Source of the DNA: Squalus acanthias
Taxonomy: Eukaryota
NCBI GenBank assembly: GCA_030390025.1
Contig: CM059432.1
Location: 32,614,001-32,678,000, forward strand
DNA length: 64,000 nucleotides
Direction: 5' to 3'
The translations under genes were made by a program, and so were the position numbers. The notes beneath the pieces are model-generated. The model made no database searches, was not told the DNA's origin, and saw only the letters and a list, made by a program, of their open reading frames with translations. Positions 1 through 13,120 of the stretch are shown here, in pieces; positions within the stretch are counted from its first letter, which is position 1, and each line of letters starts with the position of its first letter.

Positions 1-551
1 CAAAGAGCCGGCCAGGCACAATGGGCCGAATGGCCTCCTTCTCTGCTGTAAGATTCTACGATTCACCCTCCAGACCTTATGCTCTTAACTCAGGTCTATT
101 CGTGCTTGTCCAAAACTGGCTGCACGAGAACAGTACAGGGAGTCTTTTCTTCTAACATTCCCTTTTGTGGCCTGCACTTGATGTTAGGCAGTGTGGCGGA
201 GATTAACTTATCATATTGCGGATCACTCTCATCGGTTAAGAAGATTGCACTCTTCACTCAGGTCCCAGATGCCCCGTTGCCCTCGTCACGCCGTTGTCAG
301 CTTGCACTTTCAGCAAGTTATGGCAAAAAAAAGGTCTGATCTGAAGGGTGCAGGACAAAGTCTAACTAATGACTTACGCCGTGAGATGCCCCATTCTAGC
401 AAGATCCTTCTCACTCCTCCTCCCACCCATGCCTCAACATTTTAGGGCTCCGACATTCTGTGTTTCTGAATAAAAACTGTAACTTTTCATATTACTGGAA
501 ATTGTGGGTAAAATTAATGCATAAACCAGCCACTCAACGTAACAGTGACAT

Positions 552-698
552 GGGCTGAATCTTGCTGTAAACCAACCAGCAGGTTCTGGAGATTTGCAAC
601 TCACGCCTTATCTCTTAATCCCCTGACCTTGCTGGCCGATCTGCATATTATGGCGTGCGTCATTAACTCGCTGTTATTTTTCCAGCAAGATCTGGCCC
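552..698. mobile_element. Small old MITE with GGGC-starting TIRs (possibly Harbinger-type)
   Basis: Left end GGGCTGAATCTTGCTG versus reverse complement of right end GGGCCAGATCTTGCTG. No clean TSD. Confidence 0.45.
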
Positions 699-1639
699 AG
701 TATCATCCCACATGTCATTTAGTCCAATGTTGGAAGGCCCTGACCAACAGCTGTACAGTAAACCTTACAGATCAGAAAGGTCCAGATTGCATTCTTGGTC
801 TTGGGTGAATTAGCTGATCTGAAGCTGGCAGTGGTTAGGGCACTATACTTGGCCCCAGTGCCCCTGTGCAAAGGAGAGGGGGGGAAAAAATATCTTTCTT
901 CCTGCTCCTGGTCACTGCCCACCCGCAATGGAAAGTGAGAACAGGAAAGGGCTTGTACAACATCCTCCACAAAACAAAACCAGACACCTAAGTGAGGTAG
1001 AGGAGGGCAGCAAAATCATACCCCAGTAACAGTCAGTGGGAAGGGAGAAAACTGGAGGAGAGCACAAAACAAAAGGCAAAATAAAAGTGAACCATTTAGC
1101 ATATTTTAGTATAAAAACCAAAATAAAACAATATTTGCATTTTTTTTATTAAAAACTTATTCCAAAAATGATAGATTAAGAAATGTTCTTTGGTTCTGTA
1201 CATTTCTCTAATTTTGTTTTTCTAATACTCTCTAACACTTTAAAAATATTACAAAAAAGTATGCAGATATTTTATCTATGTTCAAAAGAGCTATCCAGAT
1301 GGAAACCTGAAAAAAAACCTTTTCAGTGATCAAAGGGAGACCAGGGCTTGTTTAGAGACTTCTCAGATATAAGTTTTCAAATACTGGCAGTGTTTACAGT
1401 ATCCAGCCAGAACTTAATCACAATAAACAAATACATATTTACTTTAAAAAAAAACCTCTACACACAATTCTTTGTTTTTAAATATTAAACAATCTCTTGG
1501 TTTTGAATAAAAAGAGTCTGTATTTAGAAAGAGTATATGTTTAACGCAGCAGTGTTTTGGGGTCACAGATTTAACTTCCCAACTCAGCTCTGAATTCCTG
1601 GCCTCACTGGCATTGCTGTGGTGAGGTGCAAGGCAGAGG

Positions 1640-1950
1640 CTAGAGGGACAAAGGTAGAAAGAGGGGGAAAGATGGAGAGAGAGATAAAGATAGAAGAGAG
1701 AGAAACAGAGAGATATATAAAGAGAGGGAGGAGAAATGGGAGAGTGTTTATTATATATGAGAGAGAGGGAGAGGGAAAGGCACACACAGGAGAGGAAATG
1801 GGGGAGAGATTGCAAGAATAAATGCAACTCCAGAAGGAGAAAGAGAAATACAGAATGAAATATTAAGAAACAGCAGGGTACAGGGAGAAGAGATGGAGAA
1901 TAAGGAGAAACACAACAAGAAAAAATAGGAAGAGAGTCAGAGAGATAAGA
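1640..1950 (+). repeat. Purine-rich (GA-rich) low-complexity tract
   Basis: Almost entirely G and A on the + strand. Confidence 0.8.
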
Positions 1951-3732
1951 AAATTGCACAGTAAGATGCCCCAGCGGCCAGCTAGGAGCAGGTCTCCTCC
2001 AGCCTCCTGGCCACAGTTGGCTGCAGCAACCCAGGCAAACCAGAGAGAAAAGGGACACACGTACCCTCACCCCCCAAAAAAAGAGACATTGACCAACATC
2101 CTATCAGTAGTGTGATATGGGGCTAAATTTCCAGTACTGATCACCTTTTACAGTTAATCCCCATAAGTAAGTGACATCAACTCGACCTTACAACACCCTG
2201 TATTACAGTACATCCTTCAAAAATACATGCGCAATAAATAGATTTTTTTTAAATTAAGCACGCAGTAGGTGACTAAAGAGTGCTGATTGAGTTCTCATCA
2301 GTACAGAATTTAACCACAAACTGCAATTCTTCCTCTTCCACTAATTTAGTAATTTTTCTTTACACATTTGAAAATTAACCATTTAAAAAAAAAACATTTG
2401 CCCAAAGAAATTAAAAGTGCAACAAAGCTGAGTAACGATGGACTGCTTCTATAATTAGATGGGGAAAATGAAGGACAGACAGATCGATGTGAAGGACAGT
2501 ACAGGATTCGTCCCTTATTATTGTTTAATCACAGTCTGAGCTACCCACCCTCAGCTTTGTGGACCTTTTGCAGCTTCTGAGAAATTGGTGAGTGGGAAGC
2601 AGGGGGGAGGCTGATTGGGGACAATCAGTTCTGCCCATACCCGCCCGCTTTAAATAGTATTCTCAACTGGGTCTGACCATCTTCAGCTGCATAATCAGAA
2701 TGTTGTTTTTTCAAACACGGTGATCTAATAGGTTGTGTTTTGTGGCAATACCGGTTGGTGTTTCATTAAAGTGAGATTCATCTATAGCACATACCCATCA
2801 ACTTTATAAATGGCAGCAAAAATAAAATGCACATCGATAATCTCTTTATTGAACCTTGCTGACCAAGAGGAATTTCCATCATTAAATAACTGGCAATTCA
2901 GGTAGAGTGGAATCCTTTTATAGTGATCACTGTTTGTAATAAGATCACAGTTGGCTTTCCAAAATGACACCCCATCTGATATTTTTGCAACTGTTAAAAT
3001 TATTGTAATTGTTTATATAATACAGAAGGTTAAGAGGAGAACTGGTGGAGGTTTAAAATTATGAAGGGCTTTGATAAAGTAAATAGTGAAAAACTATTTG
3101 CACTGGCCGATGAGTCAGTAACTAGGGCGCATAAATCAGTGCAGATCGGTTGCAGTGAGCATTTTAGAGGCAGTTCCTATTGTTGAAAAGCAATTGCCTC
3201 AGTTTTAATATTTAACATACAAATAGGTAATAATATTACTAATGGGACTGCTACTTGGCCTTAGTTGTGAAACATGCTGAGGTTGACACAAAGTAGTAGA
3301 AATTGTGAGATTCAATGCCAGCACATTAGATATGAGCGTGGCCATAGACGTGGGACTACAATGCTGCAGCCTTTTTTTGGAGCTGTGCTTGCATCTAGCC
3401 AGGCTCCGTGCAGGCAGTGGACCCTTACAGTTTCTGTCCTGAAGACTGCACTCCTGAACTACTCTGGTCAGCAATTTAAATGGCTGAGCGGTGCTTCATT
3501 CAGAATGCTAGTTTAGGGTTAAAAGCGACGAATGGAACAAAATAAACATTGTACGGTTCATTTTATAGCACTAACATTTAAACAGGGGCTGAGGAGAGAC
3601 GGGGGTGAGCACTTTTTTGTTAGGCAAGGGTATTAAGGGTTACATAACCAAGGCGGGTAGATGGAGTGAAGATACAGATCAGCCATGATCCAAGTGAATG
3701 GCGGAACAGACTCGAGGGGCTCCTGTTCCTAC

Positions 3733-3862
3733 GAGAAGCTGAGCAGCACAGGGGTGAGGAGAAGCTGAGCAGCACAGGGGTGAGGAGAAGCTGAGCAGCA
3801 CAGGGGTGAGCAGAAGCTGAGAAATGCAGGGGTGAGCAGAAGCTGAGCAGCGCAGGGGTGAG
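3733..3862 (+). repeat. Minisatellite, about 5 x 26 bp
   Basis: Unit GAGAAGCTGAGCAGCACAGGGGTGAG directly after a CR1 tail. Confidence 0.9.
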
Positions 3863-4622
3863 GAAAGGCAGGGCAACATGGGGTGATGGGAGGCAGAGCA
3901 GCTACTTAATCAGCAGTTTAAAAATGCTGGCAAGTGCTGAGCAGCACTGCTAACTATAACAAGATTCCACTGTACTTAATAAGGTAGCACAGAGGGTCTG
4001 AAATACACACAGGTCATCAGCACGTGTAAACAGGTTAATGATTCGGATGTAGACCATTCTATGAAGTTGGCAGATTATCTCTTAACAAGTGGTGCCTCAG
4101 TCTCAGAAGTCTTGGGTTCTGAATAAGGTCTCTTGTGCTGCACTTCCAACACATCCCATTTTCTCTTTTGAGAAAAACGCATTTAGTCAACAGTTAGAAT
4201 GACAGCCAGTTTAATGGGATTTTTAAAAACATTAAGCTGTTCTTTTTTTCTTACAGACGCTGACAGACCTACTATGTATTTCCAGAATTTTCTCTTTTTA
4301 ATTCAGATTTCCAGCATTCTCAGTACTTTCCTTTTTACCTATAAAAATTGCTCACGGTCTGCAAGACTACAGCTACATTTTAACATCTCTTGCACAGCCC
4401 TATCCTTTTTTAAACTTACTTCTTTAATGAACTTTAAAAAAAAATTAACTAATTACAAAAAAAATTAATTCTGTTAATTTAAAAAAATACCTCTGCACTA
4501 TCTTCTTTGCATCACAGTTTACCTCTATTTCACATGAAGCAACATTGCAAAACCGGATAAAACCAGGCCTGATTACTAACCTTTGACCTGCTCGATAAGT
4601 CAACGTAGTGCTTTAGCGCAGA

Positions 4623-4628
4623 TTTATT
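4623..4628 (-). promoter_or_regulatory. Candidate SCAP polyadenylation signal (AATAAA)
   Basis: First minus-strand AATAAA, about 255 nt after the stop codon. More distal sites exist (for example near 1145); actual usage cannot be seen from sequence. Confidence 0.45.
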
Positions 4629-4881
4629 GTATCTGCACCATGCAGTGCACAGTTCCGAAGCTTTGTTATATAAATTATAAAATTATAATTTTGCTTTGTT
4701 TCCGCTCACCAACATAGTAATAGACCCCTAACATCTCGAGCAGATTTTTCCCTCGAGCTTCTAACCGTCCAGTGTATCACATCCCTAGTCACACAAAAAC
4801 TCAGGACCATGATTGCAATTTTGCATCCATGCTTCTTTTTTGAGGCTGGGACTTGTTAGCATAAGACTCTCTCTCTCTCTC

Positions 4882-5127
4882 TCAGTCCAATTTCTCCAGC
4901 ACAGACGGGAAGTAAACGAGGCTAAGCTCACTGCCAAAGTCACATACGATGGCGGCATTGTCCAGGACCAGCAATTGCCGAACAAGCTGCAACTCATTAT
5001 TTTTGCCCAGGTAGACGGTCTGAAGTAAGTCCCCGTAGCCAATGTCCCAGAGGCTGACGCAGCCTTGACCCCCAGTCACTAGAAGGTTGTCGGATATCAC
5101 CCCCAGACTGGCTCCGCAACCCATGTC
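4882..5127 (-). CDS. SCAP: SCAP last coding exon, ending in TGA, 246 nt
   Basis: [28 protein letters not shown]...[16 protein letters not shown], the characteristic SCAP C-terminus. Acceptor ttcttgcag. Confidence 0.97.
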   Translation of the reverse strand, partial: DMGCGASLGVISDNLLVTGGQGCVSLWDIGYGDLLQTVYLGKNNELQLVRQLLVLDNAAIVCDFGSELSLVYFPSVLEKLD

Positions 5128-5875
5128 CTGCAAGAAAATATTAAGAGGTAAAGAACTTAATGGGAAAAAGGACATGGAAAATCCACTACAGAGACAGATT
5201 TTTAATGACTCAAGATAATTTTTTCCATAGTGCTCTATTGAAGCCCCCTTTCTGGAGGGCTTATTTTATCTTAAAACATCTCTTCCTTTGGGACTGCATG
5301 CTGCAGTGGATTAGACAATGGCTTTTATCCTGGGATCTAGGTTCAAAGCTAGTCCAGAGTGATGAGATGAAAGTCTCTTCTATCTGCATTTCCTGTAATT
5401 GTCATTTAGTTCCTGTCACATTTAACACGTCACACTTTAGACGTCATATTTTAGTGTATCATCTGACTCACCGTGAGCAACACCACACGAGATCTGCTAG
5501 GAAAATAAAAAATGTATCATTGTCTTAAGTACCCGCCACAAACTCTGTTCCCTCGCCACCGACTCCATCCCTCTCCCACGTCACTGTCTGAGGCTGAAGT
5601 AGACTGTTCGTTACTTTGTAGTCCTATTTGACCCTAAGCTGAGCTTCTGACCCCATATCCTCTTCATCACCAAGACCGCCCATCTCTGTCCCTGCCTCAG
5701 CTCATCTGCTGCTGAAACCCTCATCTATGCTTTTGTCAGGATGCAGGTAATACTGAGAATGCCACATTGATTGCCCATCTCTAGCTGCCCTGTCATTAAA
5801 AGTCAATCATGCGGGAGCGACTAGAGCCATGTGTAGGTCAGACCAGGCACAGGTGTCAAGCTTCCTAGTGAATTA

Positions 5876-6238
5876 CAGGAAACTCTATTAACCGGCACCG
5901 ACGGGACCGGCGTGGTGCCCGTTAATCAAAAAGTCCGGATAACGGAGAGTTATATCTCCCAACGTACGAGAGCCCCGTACACACTGACATGCGCCTGCAT
6001 TCGGAGCTCCGTCTCCCCGGGGACCGCCAGCTGACCATCAGTCGTGTCCGCTGCCTACCCGGGCTGCACATTCCCCTCCCAATCTACATGCTCTGATACA
6101 AGGCAAACGCCTCGGGGTTTTTTTAAAAGTTATTTTTAAAGGAGAGATGAAGGAAAACCCCGGTTACCTACTCAAGAATTTTGCCGGTTAAGAGAGATTT
6201 CCGGTTATTTGGGTGTCGGTTAAAAAGAGAGTTTCCTG
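5876..6238. mobile_element. Tc1/mariner (pogo/Tigger-like) MITE, 363 bp
   Basis: TA TSD; TIR CAGGAAACTCT...AGAGTTTCCTG with further TTAACCG(G/A)CACC similarity. CpG-rich and inserted into an older SINE. Confidence 0.8.
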
Positions 6239-6498
6239 TAGTTGGGTTTTTATGACAATCTGGCAACTTTCATGGTAATTTTTTTGGACAAATTTATTGA
6301 ATCCAGTTCACAATTTGCTGTGGTGGGATTTCAACTCTCAACCTTTGGGTTGGTAATCTAGGACCAGACCACTACACTTCTGTATCTTATCCTGCTGAAT
6401 GAGCCTTATCCCTTAAATTTAGATTTCTAGTTTTGGTTAATGGTTGTCCAATCAACACAAAAAAAGCCACAAAAGGGAACAAAAGCTCCTGCACCTAC

Positions 6499-6705
6499 CT
6501 GTTGAATGGAGTAAAGTTTGATACCAGTGCTGCGATCCCATATGCAGATCACGTCATCCAGTCCACCACTGATCACACAGTTTGAGGTACAGATTAGAGA
6601 AACAATGTCACCACGATGACCATGCATGTGACTCATGCGGCTTCCAGTTAATACATCCCAGAGGCAAATAGCGCCATCTTGCCCTCCACTAGCCAGCGCC
6701 ATTGT
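6499..6705 (-). CDS. SCAP: SCAP penultimate coding exon (WD40), 207 nt
   Basis: [26 protein letters not shown]...[15 protein letters not shown]. Acceptor cccttag, donor gtaggt. Confidence 0.97.
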
Positions 6706-6939
6706 CTAAGGGAGAAAGAAGACATTTCAAGTATTGCAACTGATTAAGTTGATAAAGCTGACTGGCAATCCTACAGACAGCACCGAGACCCCGATTACCT
6801 CATACTGAACTTCCTCTACTCTTAAATCAGTCCTTCGGAAGTCGAAGGAAAGTACTATAGACTTGCCAATGCTCATAATTCACTCATAGAATACATGACT
6901 GAGGTGGCACAAGTAACAAAAGGAAACCAAAGGAGGGAG

Positions 6940-7960
6940 AGATATGATGACCTACTCTCCCTTGTCCTCACCTTTCACCCCACCAGCCTCCACATCCTGC
7001 GCCATTTCCGCCACCTCCAGCGTGATGCCACCACCAAACACATCTTCCCTTCCCCCTTCCTTTCAGCATTCCGAAGGGACCGCTCCCTCCGCGACACCCT
7101 GGTCCACTCCTCTATCACCCCCAACACCCCTTCCCCTTTGCCCGGCACCTTCCCATGGAAACGCAGGAGATGCAACACCTGCCCTTTTACCTCCTCCCTT
7201 CCCACCGTCCAGGGCCCCAAACACTCCTTCCAGGTGAAACAGCGATTTACTTGTACTTCTTACATTTTAAGTATACTGTATTCGCTGCTCACGATGCGGT
7301 CTCCTCTACATTGGGGAGACCAAACGCAGATTGGGTGACTGCTTTGCGGAACACCTCCGTTCAGTCCGCAAGCGTGACCCCGAGCTTCCGGTCGCCTGTC
7401 ACTTTAATTCTCCACTCCACTCCCACTCTGACCTCTCTCTCTTACACTGCTCCAACGAAGCTCAACGTAAGCTCGAGGAACAGTACCTCAGCTTTCTATT
7501 AGGCACTTTACAGCCTTCTGGACTCAACATCGAGTTCAACAATTTCAGACTATAAACTCGGCCCCTGTATTTCTTTATATTTAAAAAATGTTTTCTCTTG
7601 TTTCCTCACATGGTAGCTGTTAATGATGTTGCCATCATCATTCATACTTCATCTAGAGTCATCTTTTGTTTCTTAACTTGTCCCATTACCTCTCCTTTTG
7701 CCTCGCACCATTATTCCTTTTGTCAGTCCATCTCTCCTGCCTTCCATCCTATCACAGACCTTCCCTTTGTTCTTTCCTCCCCTCCTCCCTGCCCCTGCTT
7801 AAAAATCTCTCTTCTCTAACCTCTTCCAGTTCTGAGGAAGGGTCCCCGACTCAAAACGTTGACTCTGTTTCTCTCGCCTCGATACTGCCTGACCTGCTGA
7901 GTGTTTCCATCAGTTTCTGTTGTTATTTCATATTTTCAGCATCTGCAGTATTTTGCTATT
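6940..7960 (+). mobile_element. 5'-truncated Penelope-like retroelement: GIY-YIG endonuclease remnant plus 3' terminal repeat with a decayed hammerhead motif
   Basis: Frameshifted peptide CNTCPF...FTCTS...YCIRCSRCGLLYIGETKRRLGDCFAEHLRSV...VACHFN...GTLQPSGLNIEF. Tail cagttctgaggaagggtccccgactcaaaacgtt at about 7827-7860. Confidence 0.85.
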
Positions 7961-8769
7961 AGATTAGGTAGCTGTCCTGGATAACATCTCTTTCACAAGC
8001 AATGTCATCAGAAAAAGATTAATTAGCCATTCATCTCATTGTTGTCTGTGGGATCTTATTTTGTGTGAAATGGCTGCTGTGTTCACCCACATAATGACAA
8101 CAGTCACTGCACTGAGAAATTCACTACATGCAAAGGGCACCGAGATGTTTCTGGCAAATAATAAGCTACTACATAAATTCGAGTCCTTGTTTTCCCCTTC
8201 CCGCCCCTGCAATTCACCAATAATTTCAGGCACTGAGCAAAGTTCAACCATACCGCGCCACTGTGCTAGATGCGAGTTTTGACTGGTAAGAGGGAGACTC
8301 AGCACTGGGCCTCTTACTCATCTCCTGGTTTCCAGCTCATGAGTGTCCTGGTAGAGACCAGGGGACTCAGGAGCATAGTCTAGGAAGAGCACAAGAATTT
8401 TTTTTAAATGGCAATTCAATCATACCTACCTTGTCTATATCTCAATACATTTTTTTATATATTCGTTCATGGGATATGGCGCGGCACTGGTAAGGCCAAC
8501 ATTTATTGCCCATAGAAACATAGAAGATAGGAGCAGGAGTAGGCCATTCGGCCCCTCGAGCCTGCTCCGCCATTTAATGAGATCATGGCTGATCATCCAA
8601 ATTCAGTACCCTGTCCCTGCTTTCTCCCCATATCCCTTGATCTCTTTAGCCTTAAGAAATATATCTAACTCCTTCTTGAATATATCCCTAGTCACCCTTG
8701 AGAAGGACATATTGCAATTCTCAAGAGACGCATACTGTTACCTGCGTAAATGTATGTACACATAGAAAG

Positions 8770-9592
8770 GAAGAACTTGATTTTATATAGCATTTATTAC
8801 TTCCTCAGGAGGTTCCACAGTATTTTATAACCAATTACATAGGATATACAGCACAGAAGCAGGCCATTCGGCCCAACCAGAGCATGCCGGCGTTTATGCT
8901 CCACTCGAGCCTCCTCCTGTCTTTCCTCATCTAACTCTATCAGCAAAACCCTCTATTCCCTTCTCCCTCATATGCTTATCTAGCATCCCCTTAAAATGCA
9001 TCTATACTAGTAGCTTCAACCACTCCCTGTGGTAGCGAGTTCCACATTCTCACCACTCTCTGAGTAAAGAAGTTCCTTCTGAATTCCCTATTTGATTTCT
9101 TGGTGACTATCTTATATTGATGGCCTCTAGTTTTGCTCTTCCCCATAAGTGGAAACACTCTCTCTGTATCCACTCTATCAAAACCTTTCATAATTTTAAA
9201 GGCCTCTATTAGGTCACCCCTCAGCCTTCTCTTTTCAAGAGAAAAGAGACCCTGCCTGTTCATCCTTTCCCGATAGGTATACCCTCGCATAAGTTGCTTT
9301 TGAAGTGTAGTCACTATTGTTTTGTAGGCAAACACAGCAGCCAGTTTGCACAAAGCAAGTTGAGGGAGTAATGTAGTCCAGGATATGAGGAGAACACTTC
9401 TTTGATTAGTGCTATGGGATCTTTTATATCAACATGAGAACGGCAGACGGTGCCTCAGTATAACGTCTCTTATGAAAGATGGCACCTTAGACATTGCAGA
9501 ATTCCTTCAATACCACACTGAAGTGTTAGCTTAGATCATGTGTTCTCTGTAGTGTTGAACCCATGACCTTCTGACTCCGAGACAAGAGTCAA
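8770..9592 (-). mobile_element. Old SINE with an L2-like tail, probably DeuSINE/SacSINE1-like, split by a CR1 insertion; related fragments near 7990-8160, 14190-14350, 19700-19890 and 59950-60320
   Basis: Repeated degenerate core (gatggcacct..gacattgcag..ttccttca) and tRNA-like head on -. The family name is from memory and was not searched. Confidence 0.5.
8836..9290 (-). mobile_element. CR1 3' fragment inserted in an older SINE
   Basis: ORF 8991-9353 (RRLRGDLIEAFKIMKGFD); same subfamily as 41826-42563. Confidence 0.85.
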
Positions 9593-9687
9593 GAAGCAGG
9601 TATTTAAGCAAGGAGAAGCTGTGCTGGTTTTGCCAACTTCTGGATTCATTTCTTTACATGAAGATATTTGCAACAATTGTAGAAATG

Positions 9688-9844
9688 CAATAGCAAAATA
9701 CTGTGGATGCTGGAAATCTGAAACAACAACAGAAAATGCTGGAAACACTTAGCAGGCCAGGCAGCATCCTTGGAGAGAGAAAAACAGAGTTAATGTTTCA
9801 GGTCGTTTCAGAGTTCTGACGAAGGGTCATTGACCTGAAATGTT
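9688..9844. mobile_element. PLE terminal-repeat foldback insertion
   Basis: 13-bp TSD AATTGTAGAAATG at 9675-9687 and 9845-9857. Same repeat as 35591-35805, including gttctgacgaagggtcattgacctgaaatgtt. Confidence 0.8.
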
Positions 9845-10004
9845 AATTGTAGAAATGTGTCTGTACAAACTGTATAGGGCTCCCAATCATATCATATCAG
9901 TGTTCAATTTTACACAGTGCGTACTGAATTAATACCAGACTCTATCTGGATCACTAATGTTACTGCTGTCCTTAGCAAAGTACTTTGGTTACATTTGACA
10001 GTAC

Positions 10005-10085
10005 CTGGTCTATATAAACTGCTGTGATCCCTCCTGAGTGACCCTGCAAAGTATAAATACAACAGGAGTCCTCAAGCCGATATAT
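10005..10085 (-). CDS. SCAP: SCAP coding exon (WD40), 81 nt
   Basis: [27 protein letters not shown]. Acceptor ttttgcag, donor gtactg. Confidence 0.95.
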
Positions 10086-10691
10086 CTGCAAAAGGAAATG
10101 AAGCTCAGTAAGCAGTGCACTGCAACAAAGTACAATTCATTCTTCCAAATTCAAAGTTGCTTAATTCAAATTATCTTATTTTATCTAAGTTTATATTTTA
10201 GCCCTAAATTCTCACTTTGCTGTGTTATTTACATTGTCTAATTAAAATTATTGGATAATTCACATTTTCTAGCACATAAGGAGTAGGCTATTCAGCCCCT
10301 CGAGCATGTTCTGCCATTCAATTAGAACATGGCTGATTTGTACACCTCAACTCCATTTGCTCCATATCCCTTGATAACTTTTAATTATCAGTGGACTGTA
10401 TTGGCCAAGTGCACTCATTTCCTTCATTTGGCTGGAGTCAAGAATTAATGTTCGAGACAAACACCCCAGTTTATCCAAGTTATAAAAGGGCGCAATATCC
10501 CTGACATCTGATCTCACCGATGTAAAATAGAACATTAGAATTTGTCCTATTCATTTAAAGATTCAAACATGCCCATGCTCAGGTGAGAAGAAATATAATA
10601 CAATTCCCAAGTTAATTTTCTATTTATGAGATTGTTTACACCCTGTAGCAACTCAAGACGTAGCAAGTACAGCACTGGATAAAAACACGAT

Positions 10692-13120
10692 GGGGGCTAA
10701 ATTGGCTAACCCCCCAAAAACGGGTACGGGGTACACAGTACACGATTAACCCGCGCCCGTTCATTGTGATGCAGGAAGCATGGTAAATTCGTGCTGCCTG
10801 CTGTTTTAAATGATTGTTGCAAGCAGCCAGCGCTACCCGCACTGTTCATTGGCTGCATGCATCAGCAGGGAGCTCGATACCGCGAGTGGCTAGTGCTACT
10901 TAAAGGCAGCCTTAAAGGGGAGGTGCATTGTGGCTGCAAAAAGTGGTGGGCGTTTTTTGAAAAGTGAATCTGGGCTGTGATACTTTGAGGAATGGCTGAA
11001 CATGCGAGAGATCGAGCACCAAGCTTTTCTGACAATGTACTGGAGGTCTTGGTGCAAGACGTGAAGAGGACAGACATCCTGTACCCGCAGTGGGGCAGGA
11101 AGCCCTCTAGACATATGCTCAGGAGGTAGTGGGAAGAAATAGCAGCGGAGGTCAATGCCAGAAGTGTTGCTCCAAGAACATGGATGCAGTGCAGGAAGAA
11201 GTTTAATGATCTGACAAGAGTTGTCAAGGTGAGTGAGTTCATCTTCAAATGGCATTTTCGACCAACTGCACCACTAGCCTCATCCACTGCTCAATTTACT
11301 ACATCCCCATCAACCACCTACCAACAATCTCTATCAATCAGTACTCAACTCTTCAATTCATATGCTTTACCTCACCTTCACACACTTAGCACTGTTGAAT
11401 ACCTCACATCCACTGGCAGCTATTCAGCCATGACCGCTAGATCACCCAAACATATTGCAGGACACTTACTGACACACTTCCTGAACAAATAAAGATGAAG
11501 AGACACCGTCACTCGATCTTACACTCGGAGCCATCAGCTCAGAGGCTGACACTGCGCGTATTTCAGAGGCTAGGATAGAGGAGGGATCTGCACGTGGCGA
11601 GTCACCAGGCACAAGTGCGCATGAGCCAGGGCAGGGGGAAAGGATAGCACAGCTGCCAGCTCGTTGGAGGGCGAGGTCGCACACTAGTTCTGCTGCAGAG
11701 GAGTCAGATAAGGACTTCAATGGGCCAGGCTACAGAAGAAGGCTGATAGGTGCACATAACATTTGGTGCACTGGAAAGCCTGCCAGAAAGTCTGCGCACA
11801 ATGAGCATGGAAGAGCCTAGCACCAACTTGGCACAGGGCTTTGTGCAGAGCTTGGAGCCCATCCTTTCCAAAATGGAATGGGTGGTCACTTCCATCAGCA
11901 CATCTATGGAACCCACCATGATGCAGTGTCTGATGGCAGATGTCACAGCTTGCAATGCAGCACAAACAGCTTCCTGTCTGAAGCCGGGCCCTCTAGGCCC
12001 AGAGCTGCTCGAGATCACCCTCCAAGGCCATCTGGAGTATCCTTAATTGAAGGTCACCAGCCTTCCACCACCCATGCTGCAGCCACTGGGGAAGCACCTC
12101 ATAGGAGCACTAGGATAGGCAAAGGCACTAAGGGAATGCACAAGGGTAATTCGTTTATTTTTATATGCATTATGTAATGATTGAATTTATTAAAATTGGA
12201 CTGGATTGTGCCTTTTTTGGTGGATTTTATTTGTGCGATGTCGGAAAGAGGATGAGGTGATGGTCAGTGATAGAGGAAAGGTAAGGAGTGTGGGACAGTT
12301 GGTGAATGGGGAGATGTGGTTGAGGTTACTGGCATCGCTCATGAATTATTTGATCACATAGAGACCAGGCAGAAAGGGGCATTCTATGTTGTAGCCTCCC
12401 TTCCTCTTCCTGTACCTCCACTTCCTGTTGCATTTCCTCCTCCTCTTCTTCCTTGTGCTTCTGCTCCTCAGCTTCTCGTCTGATAGGTGGTGACAAGGGC
12501 TGTTCCCCCATAACGGCGAGGTTATGCAGCATTCTACTACTAATTTTGATACCCGTTCTGCTGAGTTTTTGCAGGGCTCGTCCAGAGCAGTCCAGGCAGC
12601 AGAAGCATTGCTTGAGGACGTTGATGGTGTGCTCTATAATGTTCCTTGTTGCAGCATGGCTCTCATTGTAGGCCTGCTGTGCACATTTGCGTGGGTTCTG
12701 GACCGGAGTCATAAGCCATGTCATGAGTCGATAACCCATGTCGCCCAGTAGGCAGCCTTTCACTTGCCGTGGTGGGTCAAATACAGGTGGCAGAGGACTG
12801 CTGCAGAATGAAGGAATCGTGACTGCTGCCAGAATAATGGGCATTCACCTGCATGATCTGCTGCCTGTGGTCGCACACCAGCTGCACACAGGAAGTGAAA
12901 TCCCTTTTGAAAATGGCCGAGTACACGAGGCGCACACATGGCAATGTGCGTGCAGTCAATGGCACACTGCACCATGGGGAAGTCTGCAATACGTGCAAAC
13001 CCTCGTGCTCACTCCACCTGATTGTCTCTGGCAAGAGTAAATGAGACTAAACAGTTTCACTGTGTATAGAGAGCCTCAGTGACGTCCCTTATGCAGCAGT
13101 GTACTGCAAACTGCGAGATA
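10692..13120. mobile_element. Decayed Harbinger copy; left TIR present, right end not found
   Basis: Starts GGGGGCTAAATT. Myb exon 1 at 10992-11228 (237 nt, in-frame TAG, ends KFNDLTRVVK then gtgagt). Transposase remnant on - at 12326-13120 (CAIDCTH, LLGDMGY, RNIIEHTINVLKQ). Confidence 0.85.

Noticed and set aside
79..470. Possible exons of a neighbouring gene (minus-strand cag...gtaagt around 370-460). PTPN23 is the tail-to-tail neighbour of SCAP in human.
   Set aside because: No recognisable protein in any frame and no PTPN23-like peptide seen; cannot be supported without transcript data.
1444..2070. 208-aa hydrophobic ORF resembling a signal-peptide or membrane protein
   Set aside because: Mostly the reverse complement of a GA-rich low-complexity tract (Leu/Ser/Phe-rich), with no recognisable domain.
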